Below, piece after piece: positions 41,840-60,551 of a stretch of 64,000 bases of DNA. The stretch is from contig OZ024740.1 in NCBI GenBank assembly GCA_964016885.1, positions 167,710,001 through 167,774,000 on the forward strand, given 5' to 3'. How positions within the stretch are numbered: position 1 is the first letter of the stretch; the number at the start of each line of letters is the position of its first letter. The position numbers and the translations under genes are program-made. The notes beneath the pieces are model-generated. The model saw only the letters and a program-made list of their open reading frames with translations. It was not told the origin of the DNA and made no database searches. The stretch is from Eledone cirrhosa (Eukaryota).

Positions 41840-44504
41840 AAGATCGTGCCGTAAGATCGTGCCCTTTGTCCGGGGAATAATTCCGCGGTAATTTCATTCC
41901 ACTTAGGGTTGCATGCTGAATTGATGAAGAGATCCGGTCTGCCGTAGAGACTCGCGTACGTCATAGCATCCTACGTGCGTTCACTCATGTATCGGGGACT
42001 CCCAATGAAGGTCAACGGAACGATACAATGTTTTCCTAGGTTAGGTTCTCGGGATCGACGTCATTCCTTACTCCATCCCGTAAGTGAATGTAGCTGTCCG
42101 AACGAAGACGTGCTTGATTGTTCCTTATGTAGCACAGCCTTTCAGATTCCATCTTTGCGCACGCGTCTACAGGAAGCTGGTTGAAGAGTACTCTTGCACG
42201 ATGGAGTTGGTTAAAGCAGCATTCGCGGACCATGAATCGGTAGGTGTAGAATTGCATAGAGGAAACAGTTTTGTTGCTGTTGCACAAAGGAATTCCAAAG
42301 TGGTATCCGTCGTCACCGAATGGGAAAAGTAGGGGATATTGGACTGCGTCATAGGACCTATGCGTTTCGCTGATCCGTTGCAGACTATTGTCCCTACACT
42401 GAAGTATGATGTCCCGCTTGTTGTACTGTCCTCCATGAAGAAACACTGCTATTTCATTGCACGTGGGAGTGTTAAAACGTCTGGTGGTTTCCTGTCAGCG
42501 TCGATTATAACAGCAAAATCTGGAAACGGAGCAGCCTCCAATGCGCATTTAAAACTGCGAAAGTAGTTGTTGTTTTCGTGCAGCATTCTCTGGGGTTGCA
42601 ACAGAATTTTCATGTCTGAGTCAGGCGAAATTGAAGCGCGTCGTTCCGCTTGGTCCAAATAGTCAGTGAGAAATTATAGCTGTAGGAAATGGGGCTGTCC
42701 GTCTGTAGTGGGCAGTAGCGAACCGATTCTGTGGTAAATTTGTCCTTAAACTTAAAAGGTAGGCATGAAGCCGTCCTCGCGTATGATGTTAGCTCCGAAA
42801 GAGGTCATTTGGAAGGCAGCGTTGTATCTCCTGGAACATCAAAGGAAGTGTTCCGACTCCGCTGTGGCACCGGTCAGTAGAGACTTTAAAGGTTGTGGTG
42901 GTTTCTGTAGAAGAGGCAGTTTCACTTAGCCGTCAGAGCAGCACATCCCTGAAGTCTCCCCAGGCCATTTTTTTGCCCGACAATATTGGCAAATGACAGA
43001 CATGGATCCAATCTGAACTTCGGGCATAGTTTACTGTTGGGTCATAGTGGAAAGCCCTATGAGACCACTGAGTGCAACTGATCCTCTGTGTACCTCGTTT
43101 AGCACTCCTTCGGAGTGCGTTGGCGTTTAGCCTTTGTAATTGAATTTGCGCAGTCTCTGATGCGCGAACGGAAGCTGTTGAAGCGGCGTCCGTACTTTGA
43201 CGTCTGGAACGCTGCCCTTCGTCCTCGGCAGCACGTGACGCAGCAGTTGAGGCGGCATCTCTTCGTCGTCGACTGTAACGGTGTTCTTCGTCCTCACCGT
43301 CACGAGGCCGCATTTTTGCTTCATCGTCGAGAATGTTGTTCATCAGTTTGCGCTGCACGTGCAACTGCAGTTACAAATGCATTTCCGGAAAGGCGGATGC
43401 TCCTCTTTTTGTCTGTCTCGGTTTCCCGGGTAATTGCATTTCGAGTTGCATTTTGTGACAACCGAGTCAATTTTTCTACAGACTACTGAATTAGTTTCAA
43501 GTGAGTACTATATTGTAGCAGGACCGAACACGTAAATATTTATGCAGGTAATGGAGCATGAAAGGGGGAGTAGCCAAAACTTTCAATTGAACGGTGAGTA
43601 AGTGGAATGTGAGTACTAAGTAAGATCTATGAAGAATGCACGTCAAATAATAGGTCAAACCTGTAAACCAAGCCTATCTGAGTTATAGCACAAAAGAGCG
43701 TAAACAGGGGTGTTATTTTGGAGCACACTGGAAAATAAATCATCGAAATCAGACGTTCGTTAAAAAGTTTTCTCATTAATTTTTTGTGTCATATTGAGAA
43801 AAACAAAGAAAGAAAAATTACAAAAAGGACATAAATAAAATAGAATGTCTTTGTTGAGATTCAAGTAAATGAACGCTACACGTCGTTATTGTTACGTTTG
43901 TTGTTTTATAAATTCATCTGTTGCTTTTGAATATTTGTTATTTGATGTAAAATATAACGTTGAGAGAGCAGCATGTATTTAGTGTTATCGGCTTTTTAAA
44001 TTTTGATATTTGATGTATGACGAACGAAGAGGGTGAATGATCTATTATAGAGAGAGAAGATTTGTCGTTGTTCTAAACTGTAATGGAGACGGAGGCAGTA
44101 ACCTTTTAAAGAGAGTTGCAGAGGAGATTGAGGGTAGTGAGAGGAATGAAGCGTGTAAGAGAGAGGGTTATCAAAGTTTGTGTCAGGTTCCTTCAGAGAC
44201 GGAGGCAGTAACCTTTTAAAGAGACTTGCGGAGGAGATTGAGAGTGGTGAGAGGAATGAAGCGTGTAAGAGAGAGGGTTACAACATGTATTTAGTTTTAT
44301 CGATTTTTTTTCATAGAAGCAGGACATTTTGGCAAAAGTAATTACGCGTTGACCTCCCCTGGTAAATTTGGAGCACATTAGAAAAAAATCATCAAAATCG
44401 TTAGAGAAATGTGGAAATGCATAAAGATCATACACACACAGAGACAGACATCTACCGTTTTATATATATAGATATATGAATGGACCTCTTATATATATAT
44501 AAAT

Positions 44505-44589
<85 letters not shown>

Positions 44590-44951
44590 GAGAGAGAGAG
44601 AGAGAGAGAGACGGAAAATTGGCAGACTCGTTAGAACGTCGGATAGAATCCTTTGCAGTACTTGTTTCGACTCTCTGCTCGGAGTTCAAATCCCACCATA
44701 ATCAACTTTGCCTTTCCATTTAAGTTCGCTAAAAAAGTACCAGTGTTGTACCGAGGTAGGTTATTCCTCTGTATCTTTTTCTCACTTCCTTTCTCTCACT
44801 CTCTATCTTTCTCTGGAAAGATCTGCTATATTCCGACCTGGAGAATAGATGGGCGTTGCCACGATTAAAAGTGCCCTGGAAATGCTGTATGTCAATATGG
44901 CGCATCTACAAACCCTCAGGAACTACGTGTCCATACATACACACACACATA

Positions 44952-45040
<89 letters not shown>

Positions 45041-45090
45041 ATATATATACCAACATATATATAGAGAGTGGAATACGCAAGCGCATTTTT

Positions 45091-45120
<30 letters not shown>

Positions 45121-45122
<2 letters not shown>

Positions 45123-46033
45123 TGTTATACTTTGGGAGGGTCATGTTGCCAATAAGAAACACACGCACCATGGTTTCACTCCAATATATTATAAATTTAA
45201 AAAAATTTTATTTTTATTTTTTCAAAACATTTATAAATTTCCGGTTGGCTGGTTGGTTGGTTCCACAACCGCACGGTTGTTCATATATTGTTAAAGTTCT
45301 TTCGTCACACATTCTGCGACCTCTACAGCTCGTAGTATAGGAGAACGGTTAAATTAACACTGGCGAGAGCTTCAAGATAGAAAAGAATCATCAATACACC
45401 AACAACGTGCTAAAAGAGAACATCAGGGCAAATTAGAGAACATAGAAATAAAAATAAAATCTACACACAGAAAAGATGCAATGTTTAGACAAATCACAGA
45501 AACAATAAACGTATATGAACTCCAACCAAAATTAAATAGAAAACATGAATGGAATAGCAACATCACAACTTACAATTAAGGACAAAATCAAAACACACAC
45601 ACATAGAACAAACAACCAACCAGTAACATGTAAGTAAACAAATAAATAAACAAATAAACACACACACACACACACAGACACCCGGATGTAACACATGCGC
45701 AAACTAAGCACACAACACACACAAAAACAATATGGCGTAGGACAGAAGAAAGGAGAGGCACAAAACAAAGAAAAGAATCCCCAGTCACTGAAGAGTTCAC
45801 AGAATGTGTGACGAAAGAACTTTGACAATATAAGAATAACCGTCCGGTTGTGGAACCAACCAACCTGAAATTTATAAATTTTTTGAAAAGATTTTTTAAA
45901 TTTATAATAAATTGGAGTGAAAACGACTGGTGCGTGTGTTTCTTTTTAGCAACATGACCCTCCCAAAGTATATCAATATCGGTTTCAACACACGTTTTCA
46001 GATAAAGAATCTTGCTAAACAAATTCAGAAACG

Positions 46034-46036
<3 letters not shown>
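45121..46036 (+). mobile_element. PLE family B, heavily 5'-truncated, with inverted pLTR
   Basis: 45327-46036 matches 24116-24813; 45121-45322 is the inverted pLTR piece; (TA)n flanks. Confidence 0.9.
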
Positions 46037-46104
<68 letters not shown>

Positions 46105-46350
46105 TAAAAAGAAAAAGAAAATGGTGACAAATTTTTCCCAGTGAAAAATAGTTTAATTAGGAATAAGTATAAATTGGTAATAAGTATTAGTTAGTATTCA
46201 GTTTTAGTTTTAAGTTATTACCTGTTGCGCATTTCTTATGCTTTTCAAAAATAATTTTGAGATAGAGATAGGTTGCTCGTGATATTTGGTCAAGAGTCCA
46301 GAATTAGCCGTCGAAACGGCTTGAGCTCAGCCGTCGGGGTCCTACTCGTT

Positions 46351-46442
<92 letters not shown>

Positions 46443-48351
46443 TATACACGTGTGTGTGCACTTCCATTAATGATTTACATATATATGTGTTAATACATGT
46501 TTTACAGGATTACTGGTTGGTCCGGTTTTTTTTTACTATTCTTTCGAACATCTTCAACTATATTATAGAATAAATTTCCTTTGTTCACATTCATGTAAAG
46601 CTTGTTTATTATCATCCTTATTTTATAATCTTCACTTAATTTCAGATATACACTCTACAGTAATTGAAAGTCAGCAAGTTATCATACTTTGTAAAGCAAA
46701 GAGCTATCATGACACATTTTCTACTAACCAGAGTACAGAAAAACAAAAAAGCAAAAATTGTGAATATAAATGAAAAGGAAACGACGAATTAATCCGAATG
46801 AATTTATCCGAATTAAATCCAAACTAACTTCTGAGTGTTTTTATAACTTTCCCTTTCTTGTTTTCCTTCATAAAATTAATCAATAACAATAACACAGCGA
46901 ATGTTAAAATGGTGGAAAGCTGACTTAATCGAGGAGAAAAAGAACGGCAGTTGGTTCTCATACAATTTCGGCTTCGTGCTTTTCGATGTTATTTTAATGA
47001 AATACTTACAAAGAGTATTAAATTGAGAGATAAAGGACACGATTTATGATGTGTAGAAGTAAAAACAAGCTTCGCCATTATAACTAATCTCCTTTGAGTA
47101 AGCATTTTCTAAATACATGATCAACTATGCTTTAAGATGAAATACAGATAAATCCCATTTCACTTTTTACCTCTATATTCTTAAAAGCATAACAATGACT
47201 GAATAATCCGACATAGTTGTCAGATTATATATGTGTCAATCAGAAGTATATTATGGCTCCAATTAGTTTGGATGCGCGTTACAACTAGTCAATGTCCAGG
47301 TTTTATTTCTATGAAACTAATGAATACATTTGTGAGCATGAAGGAGAAAGAAAGGGAAGTAAAAAATATATGAAGAAGACACAATTTTATATGAATTTGG
47401 CTATCTTCCTGAATCACACCGCAACCTTTACCAAGTAAAAGTACAAGTAGATCTTTCAAATAAAAACAAAATTAATCGTCAGGAATTGCAAGTTTTAAAA
47501 AAATATCCTACAACTTGATAATTTTGAGAAATATATGACAGATTCTCCATCGCTTTCGACTCCATCGATGGATTCTCCATCGCATTCAGTCGTTCGATCA
47601 ACTAACCTTTCGAATCATTAACCCATAAATTAATTCTAGGGTAGAATCAGTATGAGAAAATTCAGGATAAGATAGGACATTTGAATTACAAGTGCAATCG
47701 ATCCGATAGGCTTTCATAGAGTTTCAGTTTTCTCAATTTCATTTACAAGGCTAGGGTCAACGTTTGACTATTGTAAAGACACTTTCCAAAATATTAGACA
47801 GTAAGATTGAGCACTAGGACGCAAGTTTGCAAGGAGAACATCATAAGTTATCGGTTATGCTTATGTCCAGGAAGATTGGATATATTGAAATTATGTAAAA
47901 CGCATTTAAAAGAAGATGAAATACCAAAAACTAGAATTTAGAAATGTTTGCCTCGGATCATAGGAGCCGAAAAAAAAGAATGAAGCACAGAAAAATCGTC
48001 GTTGGAATAATCACCAACTATGTTTGCAGCATTAGGAAGGCCTGAAATAATGTTAAAGTCTGATTAAATTAACAGAGCTCAATAGAGTGAAAGTAGTTAT
48101 GGCTGCCAAAGAAAGCCATAGTTAATATTGATATAATTCATTTCAGAATTTGCTTTATTCTATTGTATAATAAATATAGTTTGTCTTCATTTAACTTTAT
48201 TTGACATTGCTATGTAATGCTGTGACTGTTTGCCGTGTAATGCATTATTTATTTAGTTAAATACTTTTAAGTCTTTAAGCCAGTTTACTCTTACTGTTTA
48301 TGAGTGTAAGGATGTATGCCTGTGTATATGGAAATACACACAGACACACCG

Positions 48352-48404
<53 letters not shown>

Positions 48405-48419
48405 CCCAAAAAATATACC

Positions 48420-48505
<86 letters not shown>

Positions 48506-48517
48506 GTATATATATAT

Positions 48518-50797
<2,280 letters not shown>

Positions 50798-51023
50798 TTA
50801 GAAACACACAGATACATGCGGACACACACATATATACATGAATGCATCCGCACCCAACTGTGAGTTAAGGGTGCCAACTTCACCGATGTTGCTCAATGAA
50901 TGACCAGGACAGACCAATTCAGTTGAACCAGACTGAACCAGTATCAGAGTTAAAAATACATTATGAAGAGAGAAGAAACATTTAGATATAATTAGTAATA
51001 AAATGTATCATACCTAAACTGCT

Positions 51024-51100
<77 letters not shown>

Positions 51101-51641
51101 CAATTTAGAAATTAAAGATTAAAAAATATATGATCAACACTACTGTGTTGTTTTTTTTGCAAAATGACAATAATTTTTTAGCCAGATAGAAATACCTTAA
51201 TTCAAGTACATATAGTCCGTCTGTATCGATCTAGAGAATTTTAAATATTAAATCTATACTTACAGACGTAAAATGGCAACTGCCTGGTGCCTAGACAAGT
51301 TTAAATTTCAAAATTCAAACCTTTTCAGCAGATCGGGCAGAACTTCAAAACATAAACCTGTTTCACAAGGGATGTTATACTAATGAAATAATTAATTAAT
51401 TACGGAACAACTATTTATAAAATAATTATTAGTAGAGTAATCAATTTTCTGTGATCTACGGTATGCACCCAGAAATTAAAATCACTTCTCCTAAGACAGT
51501 ATCTTAAGACTGATCTGTCGCAAGCCTAATACATGTGCATTTGCACACGACCTTCTCAGCATTCTGGCTCATATCCATGGCGCTAGAAATAACAGCCGTG
51601 AATATGTGATTATCAATTCAGCTCGACCGTAGGAGCAGTTA

Positions 51642-51698
<57 letters not shown>

Positions 51699-52007
51699 TA
51701 ATATATATATATACATATATGCTATATCAAGCGTTAACCTAATATATCCCTTCCATAAACTGTACCGATTGTGTTGTTATTTCTGTTTATCTTTTACATA
51801 CACATACACACACATACACACACACATATATGTATATATATATATATAGTATTTACGTATCGAGAAAGAGAGAAAAAGGAGGGATAGGTGATACATATAG
51901 TTATTTGCCAAGTAGCGTATGCCAAAGGTGCTCGATACTAGTGCCGGCAGTATTAAATATTCGAAGTGTTAATATTTAGTGGGCTAGAGAGTTAGCAAAG
52001 CGTAAGC

Positions 52008-52749
52008 ACGTGGGAAAGTGAAAAATCGGAGAATAGACCGTTAAAACATGTTTATTTAAAATATCACCTACGTACGTTTCGCCCAGTTGGGCTTCTCAAG
52101 GGCATAAATAATCACAAGTGTTCCTTATATAGTTCGGAAAGAGTTTTGGGGGTTAAATCCACATCAAGATTCATTGCTCGCAAAAATATCTTGTTTTGAT
52201 TTTGCAGCAGGTCAAGGGAGGTAACTCTGGCCGGTGTTAGGGCAGTCTTTCCCGGATGATTTTTTTTTTTTTTTTTTTTTTTCCCGTTTGTCTGAGGCTG
52301 GGTCTGGTATGCAAGGATTGTTTTCTGGGTGTTATTTTGCTGCGCCGGCCCGCCGGGGTGTTAAGACTTGTTGCAGGGAGATCCAGTACACTGCAACAAG
52401 TCTTAACACCCCGGCGGGCCGGCGCAGCAAAATAACACCCAGAAAACAATCCTTGCATACCAGACCCAGCCTCAGACAACCGGGAAAAAAAAAAAAAAAT
52501 TATCCGGGAAAGACTGCCCTAACACCGGCCAGAGTTACCTCCCTTGACCTGCTGCAAAATCAAAACAAGATATTTTTGCGAGCAATGAATCTTGATGTGG
52601 ATTTAACCCCCAAAACTCTTTCCGAACTATATAAGGAACACTTGTGATTATTTATGCCCTTGAGAAGCCCAACTGGGCGAAACGTACGTAGGTGATATTT
52701 TAAATAAACATGTTTTAACGGTCTATTCTCCGATTTTTCACTTTCCCAC

Positions 52750-52751
<2 letters not shown>
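52008..52751. mobile_element. Near-perfect ~370 bp-arm palindrome with a U3-A8 hammerhead in each arm (52654-52696 +, 52063-52105 -)
   Basis: Arms are reverse complements apart from the poly-T region; TTGAGAA-GCCC-aact-GGGC-GAAA-CGTACG-TA-GG; stem I short. Confidence 0.85.
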
Positions 52752-52801
<50 letters not shown>

Positions 52802-52850
52802 GGTACATATGTATGTGTTAGTGTGTTTGGTGTAAAGAAAGCTGAATACT

Positions 52851-52923
<73 letters not shown>

Positions 52924-52945
52924 ATAGATAGAATGATAGATAGAT

Positions 52946-53014
<69 letters not shown>

Positions 53015-53031
53015 TAGAATAACATATGCCC

Positions 53032-54143
<1,112 letters not shown>

Positions 54144-54284
54144 GATACTTAATTGTTAAACGTAACTGTTTATCTGGAGTTTAATTTTAATACTGGGAAA
54201 TTTTATAACACAACTTAAAATGGTCATTTACAAATATATCCCGAAATGGACACTAAAACAATAACAATGGTTCGCTGCAAAATA

Positions 54285-54645
54285 ATTGTTTCTACTTTTT
54301 GACGCAAGGCCAGCAATTACCCAGTGCATTACTGGTACTTTATTTTATCGACCGCGTAAGGATGAAAGGCAAAGTCAATCTCAGCGGGATTTGAACTCAG
54401 ATCGTTAAGGGACGTAACTATGCTAAAATAATGGTTTCTTATATAGGCACAATGCCAGCAATTTTGGGGGAGGGGAAGGTCGATTAAATCGACCCCAGTG
54501 CGTGACTGGTGCTTTATTTTATCGACCCCGTAAGGATGAAAGGCAAAGTTAACCTCGGCAGGATTTGAACTCAGATCATAAAGGGCCGTAACTCTATGCT
54601 GTAAAGCATGGCGTCCGACCTTCTACCGATGCTGCCAATTCGCTG
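54285..54645 (-). mobile_element. Two tandem tRNA-derived SINE copies
   Basis: Same family as the 25130 and 55134 copies. Confidence 0.8.
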
Positions 54646-55133
54646 CAAAATGATGAGAACATTACGAAATAGGAGAGGTCGGATATACTTGGCGCTGATA
54701 ACCTTACCAATAGGCGTAACGAATAAAGAAAGGAAAAGCATTAAGTCTACGATAATAAAAGTGGATAGGTTTAAATAATGAGGGCACTACTGAATGCAAC
54801 AGGCCTTCGGGGGGTACAAGAGTCGAATTGTATCTAGTATATATTAAACAAATTTGTGTGTATTAATTCTAAGGTATTTTCAAAATGATTTGTCTATTCC
54901 ATGTTCTTGTAGTTGGTTAGCCTCGGGTCAGCTCTAATAGAGTTCGGCCAAAGTCAGCAGCAACACACATAACCACGTGCGTCAAACACACACCGCAAAA
55001 GAAATCAAATAATTGGAACATTTACTAACCGTAAACGAAATCAAATATTTGAAACATTTATACAAACCAAATCTTGTATCTCTGACAACAGATCCACATC
55101 CCATAAGCATCAATATTATTGAATATTATTGTA

Positions 55134-55322
55134 GGGCGGTGAATTGGCAGTATCGGTAGAGGGTTGGGTTATGCTTTCCAGCATAGTTACGTCCCTTTAC
55201 GATCTGAGTTCAATTCCCGCCGAGGTTAACTTTGCCTTTCATCCTTACGGGGTCGATAAAATAAAGCACCAGTAATGTACTGGGATAATTGCTGGCCTTG
55301 TGCCAAAAAGTAGAAACAATTA
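55134..55322 (+). mobile_element. tRNA-derived SINE (Meta-domain-like central region)
   Basis: A box TGGCAGTATCGG, B box GAGTTCAATTCC, central gcctttcatccttacggggtcgataaaat, 3' ggccttgtgcc..aagtagaaacaattatt; further decayed copies near 3860, 26570, 37490 and 44610. Confidence 0.85.
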
Positions 55323-56408
55323 TTGAATACAATGGCAGGCGCAAGATCTATTAAAGATAACTGGTTTCCTCACCCCGCATGCAACTCTAGTTACAATTCT
55401 AAGACTGTGAGTTGTAATGGAGTGTTGTGAATATCGTAGACAGTCAAATGTAAGAGATATGATGACACAGTTCAAAAAGATGTAAAAGGAAATAAAAACG
55501 AAAACAACGCATTTCTGCAAACACACACCAAGGGGGAATATATTTTGTTGGTGAGAAACAAACACAAAAAAGGCACTGCTTTATAATATAAAGGGAAAGC
55601 AAAAGTATAATTTCCTATTTCACTCCAAAGAGAAAAGTTTCCTCTCTCCTCAAGCAAAGACGCCGGAACTTTATAAACTAAAATGGAAAGTTATAGAAAT
55701 GTATTCTATTTCACATCCAACGTTTTTATATGAAGAAAAAAGCTAAAGTAGAGACTGCATTATATTTTTCTGTATCGGCAAACGATCCGCAATGATCGTC
55801 AACCACGATATATTAAAACGATTCAGCGGACAAGATCGTCAATTGCCAAAGGGGATTGCCGACGCTTGAACAGGGCTGCTTTTAGAATGTAGTCTCTGCT
55901 AAGAGATTCCATGAGGCACTCTTCCTAAACAATCCTATCTAGCCAAGTCGGTGAATCGCTTCTTCTGAGATGTTTCTCTCGTTTATCACGAAGGACCATA
56001 AATATTTTATATTATATCGCTCTCTGTTTGCTGTTGTAATGGTAATGATGTCAAGCTTCATATCGCCTGTATAGACACCTCAATACGACTACTTCCCTTT
56101 TGATCTCTTTCACTTTATTCATACAAACATTAGATACTTGAAAGATGCAAAAAAATTCTAATATTCAGGTCACACACAAAAAAGCAATATGAGAAAGGGG
56201 ATAGGGGGAAAAAGCAACAACAACAAACTCAAACTGACATGCACCGAGAACAAGCAGCAGGAAGGCACAATGAAGTAGCTAACAATTTTGACCAGGATCT
56301 ACAAACGGCATGGACAACAATATATCATTTCCAATGCTCTCGCTTTTACAGGTTCTTCCGATAATTTTGGCTCCGCACCCTATTTACACACACACTCACT
56401 CACACTCA

Positions 56409-56495
<87 letters not shown>

Positions 56496-56513
56496 ACACA
56501 TACATACACACAC

Positions 56514-56577
<64 letters not shown>

Positions 56578-56579
<2 letters not shown>

Positions 56580-56645
56580 TGGAGAAAAGGGCAGAAAATG
56601 ACATGTAAGGGAGAGAATAGGGATGATAGATAGATAAATGTATGG

Positions 56646-56684
<39 letters not shown>

Positions 56685-56861
56685 AAGTGGTGGAAGGAGA
56701 AAGAAATAGAGCAGTGGAAGGAGATAAATAGATAGGTAGATTCGATACATGTGTAAGTTAGGTAGAGGATAGGGACCGAGAGAGTGAAAAAAATTAAGTG
56801 TGCAAAAATAAATATAGAGAAAAAGAATTAAGTATACACACACACACATATGTGTGTGTGT

Positions 56862-56932
<71 letters not shown>

Positions 56933-57130
56933 CTTGCACACTTCGATGTTTTCACTGTCTCAGTCCCTATCCTCTACCTAACTTACACATGTATCGAATC
57001 TATTTATCTCCTTCCACTGCTCGCACTTTATCTATTTCTCCCCTCCCCCTCTCTTTCTCTCTGTGCCTCCATACATCCATCTAGCACCCCTATTCTCTCC
57101 GTACATGTAATTGTCTGCCCTTGTCTCCGA
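56578..57130. repeat. Older, diverged ~200 bp inverted repeat around a (CA)/(TG) tract
   Basis: 56578-56790 is approximately the reverse complement of 56949-57130 (e.g. gattcgatacatgtgtaagttaggtagaggataggga). Confidence 0.75.
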
Positions 57131-57599
57131 CGTCACACTCTGCCTATCCACCCACTCCCTTGCCTTTATCTTTTCAATCCCTTAGTATCGCTTTTCATAG
57201 CACACTTTGCTTCTTTTACATCTACATCTCTCTTTCTAGCTTATTCTCCAATGCTACCTCTTTCTGATCTGCCTCTCACCATTCTACCCAATCTCTCTCA
57301 TAATCTCTCATCTTATTTTTTCCCGTATATCTCAAATTTCTTCTTTCTTAGTTTCGTCCCTCTTCCTTCATTATACGTATATTAATTTATTTTCACATTT
57401 TAATTTGTTTCTTTGCACACATATTGAACCTTTGCTTGCACACATTCGCGCAAACACAGCATCAATTTCTATATTTTACACAAAATTTCTACTCCATTCA
57501 AGCCCTTCACCATCGCAATCCTGCAACCATCACCACACCCTCATATGAGACAGCGTGCCTGCCAGACGGCTGTTCTCTCGCCTGTTCAACAGCTATATA

Positions 57600-57634
<35 letters not shown>

Positions 57635-57748
57635 ATAATAATAAATTTGAAGACTAAAATCCAGTTGACTAAAATGAGTTTCAGTAGCACCCGTTAAGGG
57701 TGAAAGCAGCGATTCTTTGCTTAAACTTTATCTGTTACTTTAATAAAT

Positions 57749-58260
<512 letters not shown>

Positions 58261-58382
58261 ATATATATATATATAGGAACAAGTATGACCCCGACGGCAG
58301 AGCTATTACCCACTCTACTAATATAAGTATTGAGTACTTTGGTGCGTTATGGTCCATCTGGTTCCTTACCACATTTCCTTCG

Positions 58383-58476
<94 letters not shown>

Positions 58477-58525
58477 CGAAGGAAATATATATATATATAT
58501 ATATATAAACTAATATGTATGTGAT

Positions 58526-59105
58526 ATTAGTTTATATACGGCTCAGTGGGTATTTTCCTCCTTCGAGCTAATTCCATTGTAAAAGAATCCATTACCTTAT
58601 GAATAACTGCTCCTAGTCTGAGCTGAAAGCCGCCTCATATATACGACTTTTATTTCTAGCAGTACGGTTATGAGACTAGCTAGATACTGTTAAACCATGT
58701 GCGTCACGCAGTCTTTTAAATTATTTAGAAGTGAAGCATATCAATTTGTCCCTGGATGTTTACTGAGGAGAGCAGGACATGATATTCCTACACTTATTTA
58801 ACTCGAAACATATTTGGATTTTAAAGTTTAAACTTATCTACGGAACAGCTTTGATTTTGAAATTTAAATGTGTCTAAACATCATAGCCTCTTGGCAATGC
58901 AGTTCGTCTTTGTTGATTTATTATTTTAAATCGATATGGACAAACTGTAGTATAATAATTAGTATACTTCAATCTGGCTAAATTTTCTTTTGCAATATAT
59001 ATACAGATGTGTTGGTATCTGTGTTTCATCACATACATATTAGTTTATACACGGCTCAGTGGGTATTTTCCTCCTTCGAGCTAATTCCATTGTAAAAGAA
59101 TCCAT

Positions 59106-59112
<7 letters not shown>
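58526..59112 (+). mobile_element. Direct-repeat-bounded non-coding element (75 bp repeats, ~513 bp period) with hammerhead-like motif at 58758-58819
   Basis: GTTTA-CTGAGGA-GAG..CTC-GAAA-CATA-TT-TGGAT; repeats 58526-58600 and 59039-59112. Confidence 0.55.
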
Positions 59113-59164
<52 letters not shown>

Positions 59165-59888
59165 AAATTAAAATTAAGGGTTGTCATGTCTGAGAGACAT
59201 GCGCCAAATCAATTGTAGAATGAGCTCAAAGATTCCAATGAATAGATCTGAGCATTACATATCAACTAGAAATAGAATGACATATATATATATAAAATAA
59301 ACAATCACAGGGAATAATTTGTAAAGAATGTAGCTAGGTAGGTAACCAATTAAAGTTTAACTAGAACTTCAAATATAGATACCTTTTAAAATGATATATC
59401 TCCTTTGTATATATTTCTTTAAGTAAGAAATATATTTCACCAATTAATCCGTAAATCACAGTAGTCAAATTCCGGATGTTCAGCAAAGGAGAAGAAGATA
59501 ACTATCTGCGTTTACAAAGCAAATGCAAATCTGTGAATGACTCGAACCACGTGTTGCATTTTTTAAAAAAATACACACGTTGCACAACGTCATCCCAGTG
59601 GCGTGAATAGGACCATCGACAGCCTGTCCTATGCCATCTTGTTTTTGTGTGTCACACAAAAACAAGATGGCGTAGGACAGAACAAAGGAGAGGCACAAAA
59701 CAAAGAAAAGAATCCCCAGTCACTGAAGAGGTCACAGAATGTGTGACGAAAGAACTTTGACAATATATGAACAACCGTCCGGAAATTTATAAATATTTTT
59801 TTTTTTAAATCTTTTAATTTATAATAAATTGGAATGAAAACATCTGGTGCGTGTGTTTCTTATTGGCAACATGACCCTCCCAAAGTAT

Positions 59889-59954
<66 letters not shown>

Positions 59955-59958
<4 letters not shown>

Positions 59959-60305
59959 AAAAAGGGATGAAATCGAAAATGCAACTGAAGTCTTATTTTT
60001 TTTAAAAATATATATATTTATTTGGTTCCTTTAGCGGTTTCGCAGTTCTTCTGCTTTTCAAAAGGTGAGTTGAGATGGAGGCTCTGTGGTTTTTCTCACG
60101 TGTGAGAAAAAACCACAGAGCCTCCATCTCAACTCACCTTTTGAAAAGCAGAAGAACTGCGAAACCGGTAAAGGAACCAAATAAATATATATATTTTTTT
60201 TAAAAATAAGACTTCAGTTGCATTTTCGATTTCATCCCTTTTTCTTTATACTTCCACTCGTGTAGGACACCTCGGTTATTTTTCATTTTGTAAAAAAAAC
60301 CTCAC

Positions 60306-60311
<6 letters not shown>
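59955..60311. mobile_element. Fold-back element family A, second copy
   Basis: Near-identical to 18881-19240, including turn point and tail. Confidence 0.9.
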
Positions 60312-60356
<45 letters not shown>

Positions 60357-60359
<3 letters not shown>

Positions 60360-60551
60360 CGAAGGAAGTGTTGTAAGGAACCGGGTGGACCATAACGCAC
60401 CAAAGTACTCAATACTTAGGGTAGTACAGTGGGTATTAGGAAAATGTTCAAGACCCCGACGGCAGAGCTCAGGCCATTTCAATGGTTATTTCTGTCTAGA
60501 AATAGTCGTCGAAACGACTTGAGCTCTGCCGTCGGGGTCTTGAACATTTTC

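Larger units (their letters stand above)
38785..44472 (-). mobile_element. Full-length Helitron (RepHel), inactivated by frameshifts
   Basis: 5' A|TC at 44472; 3' CCGAGC-aac-GCCGGG hairpin and CTAG|T at 38785; colinear N-terminal/Zn region, Rep and PIF1 ORF pieces. Confidence 0.95.

Noticed and set aside
46274-46327. GCTC-GTGATAT...GAAA-CGGC-TT-GAGC hammerhead-like motif
   Set aside because: Core too degenerate and stem II not evident; may be a decayed copy but is unsupported
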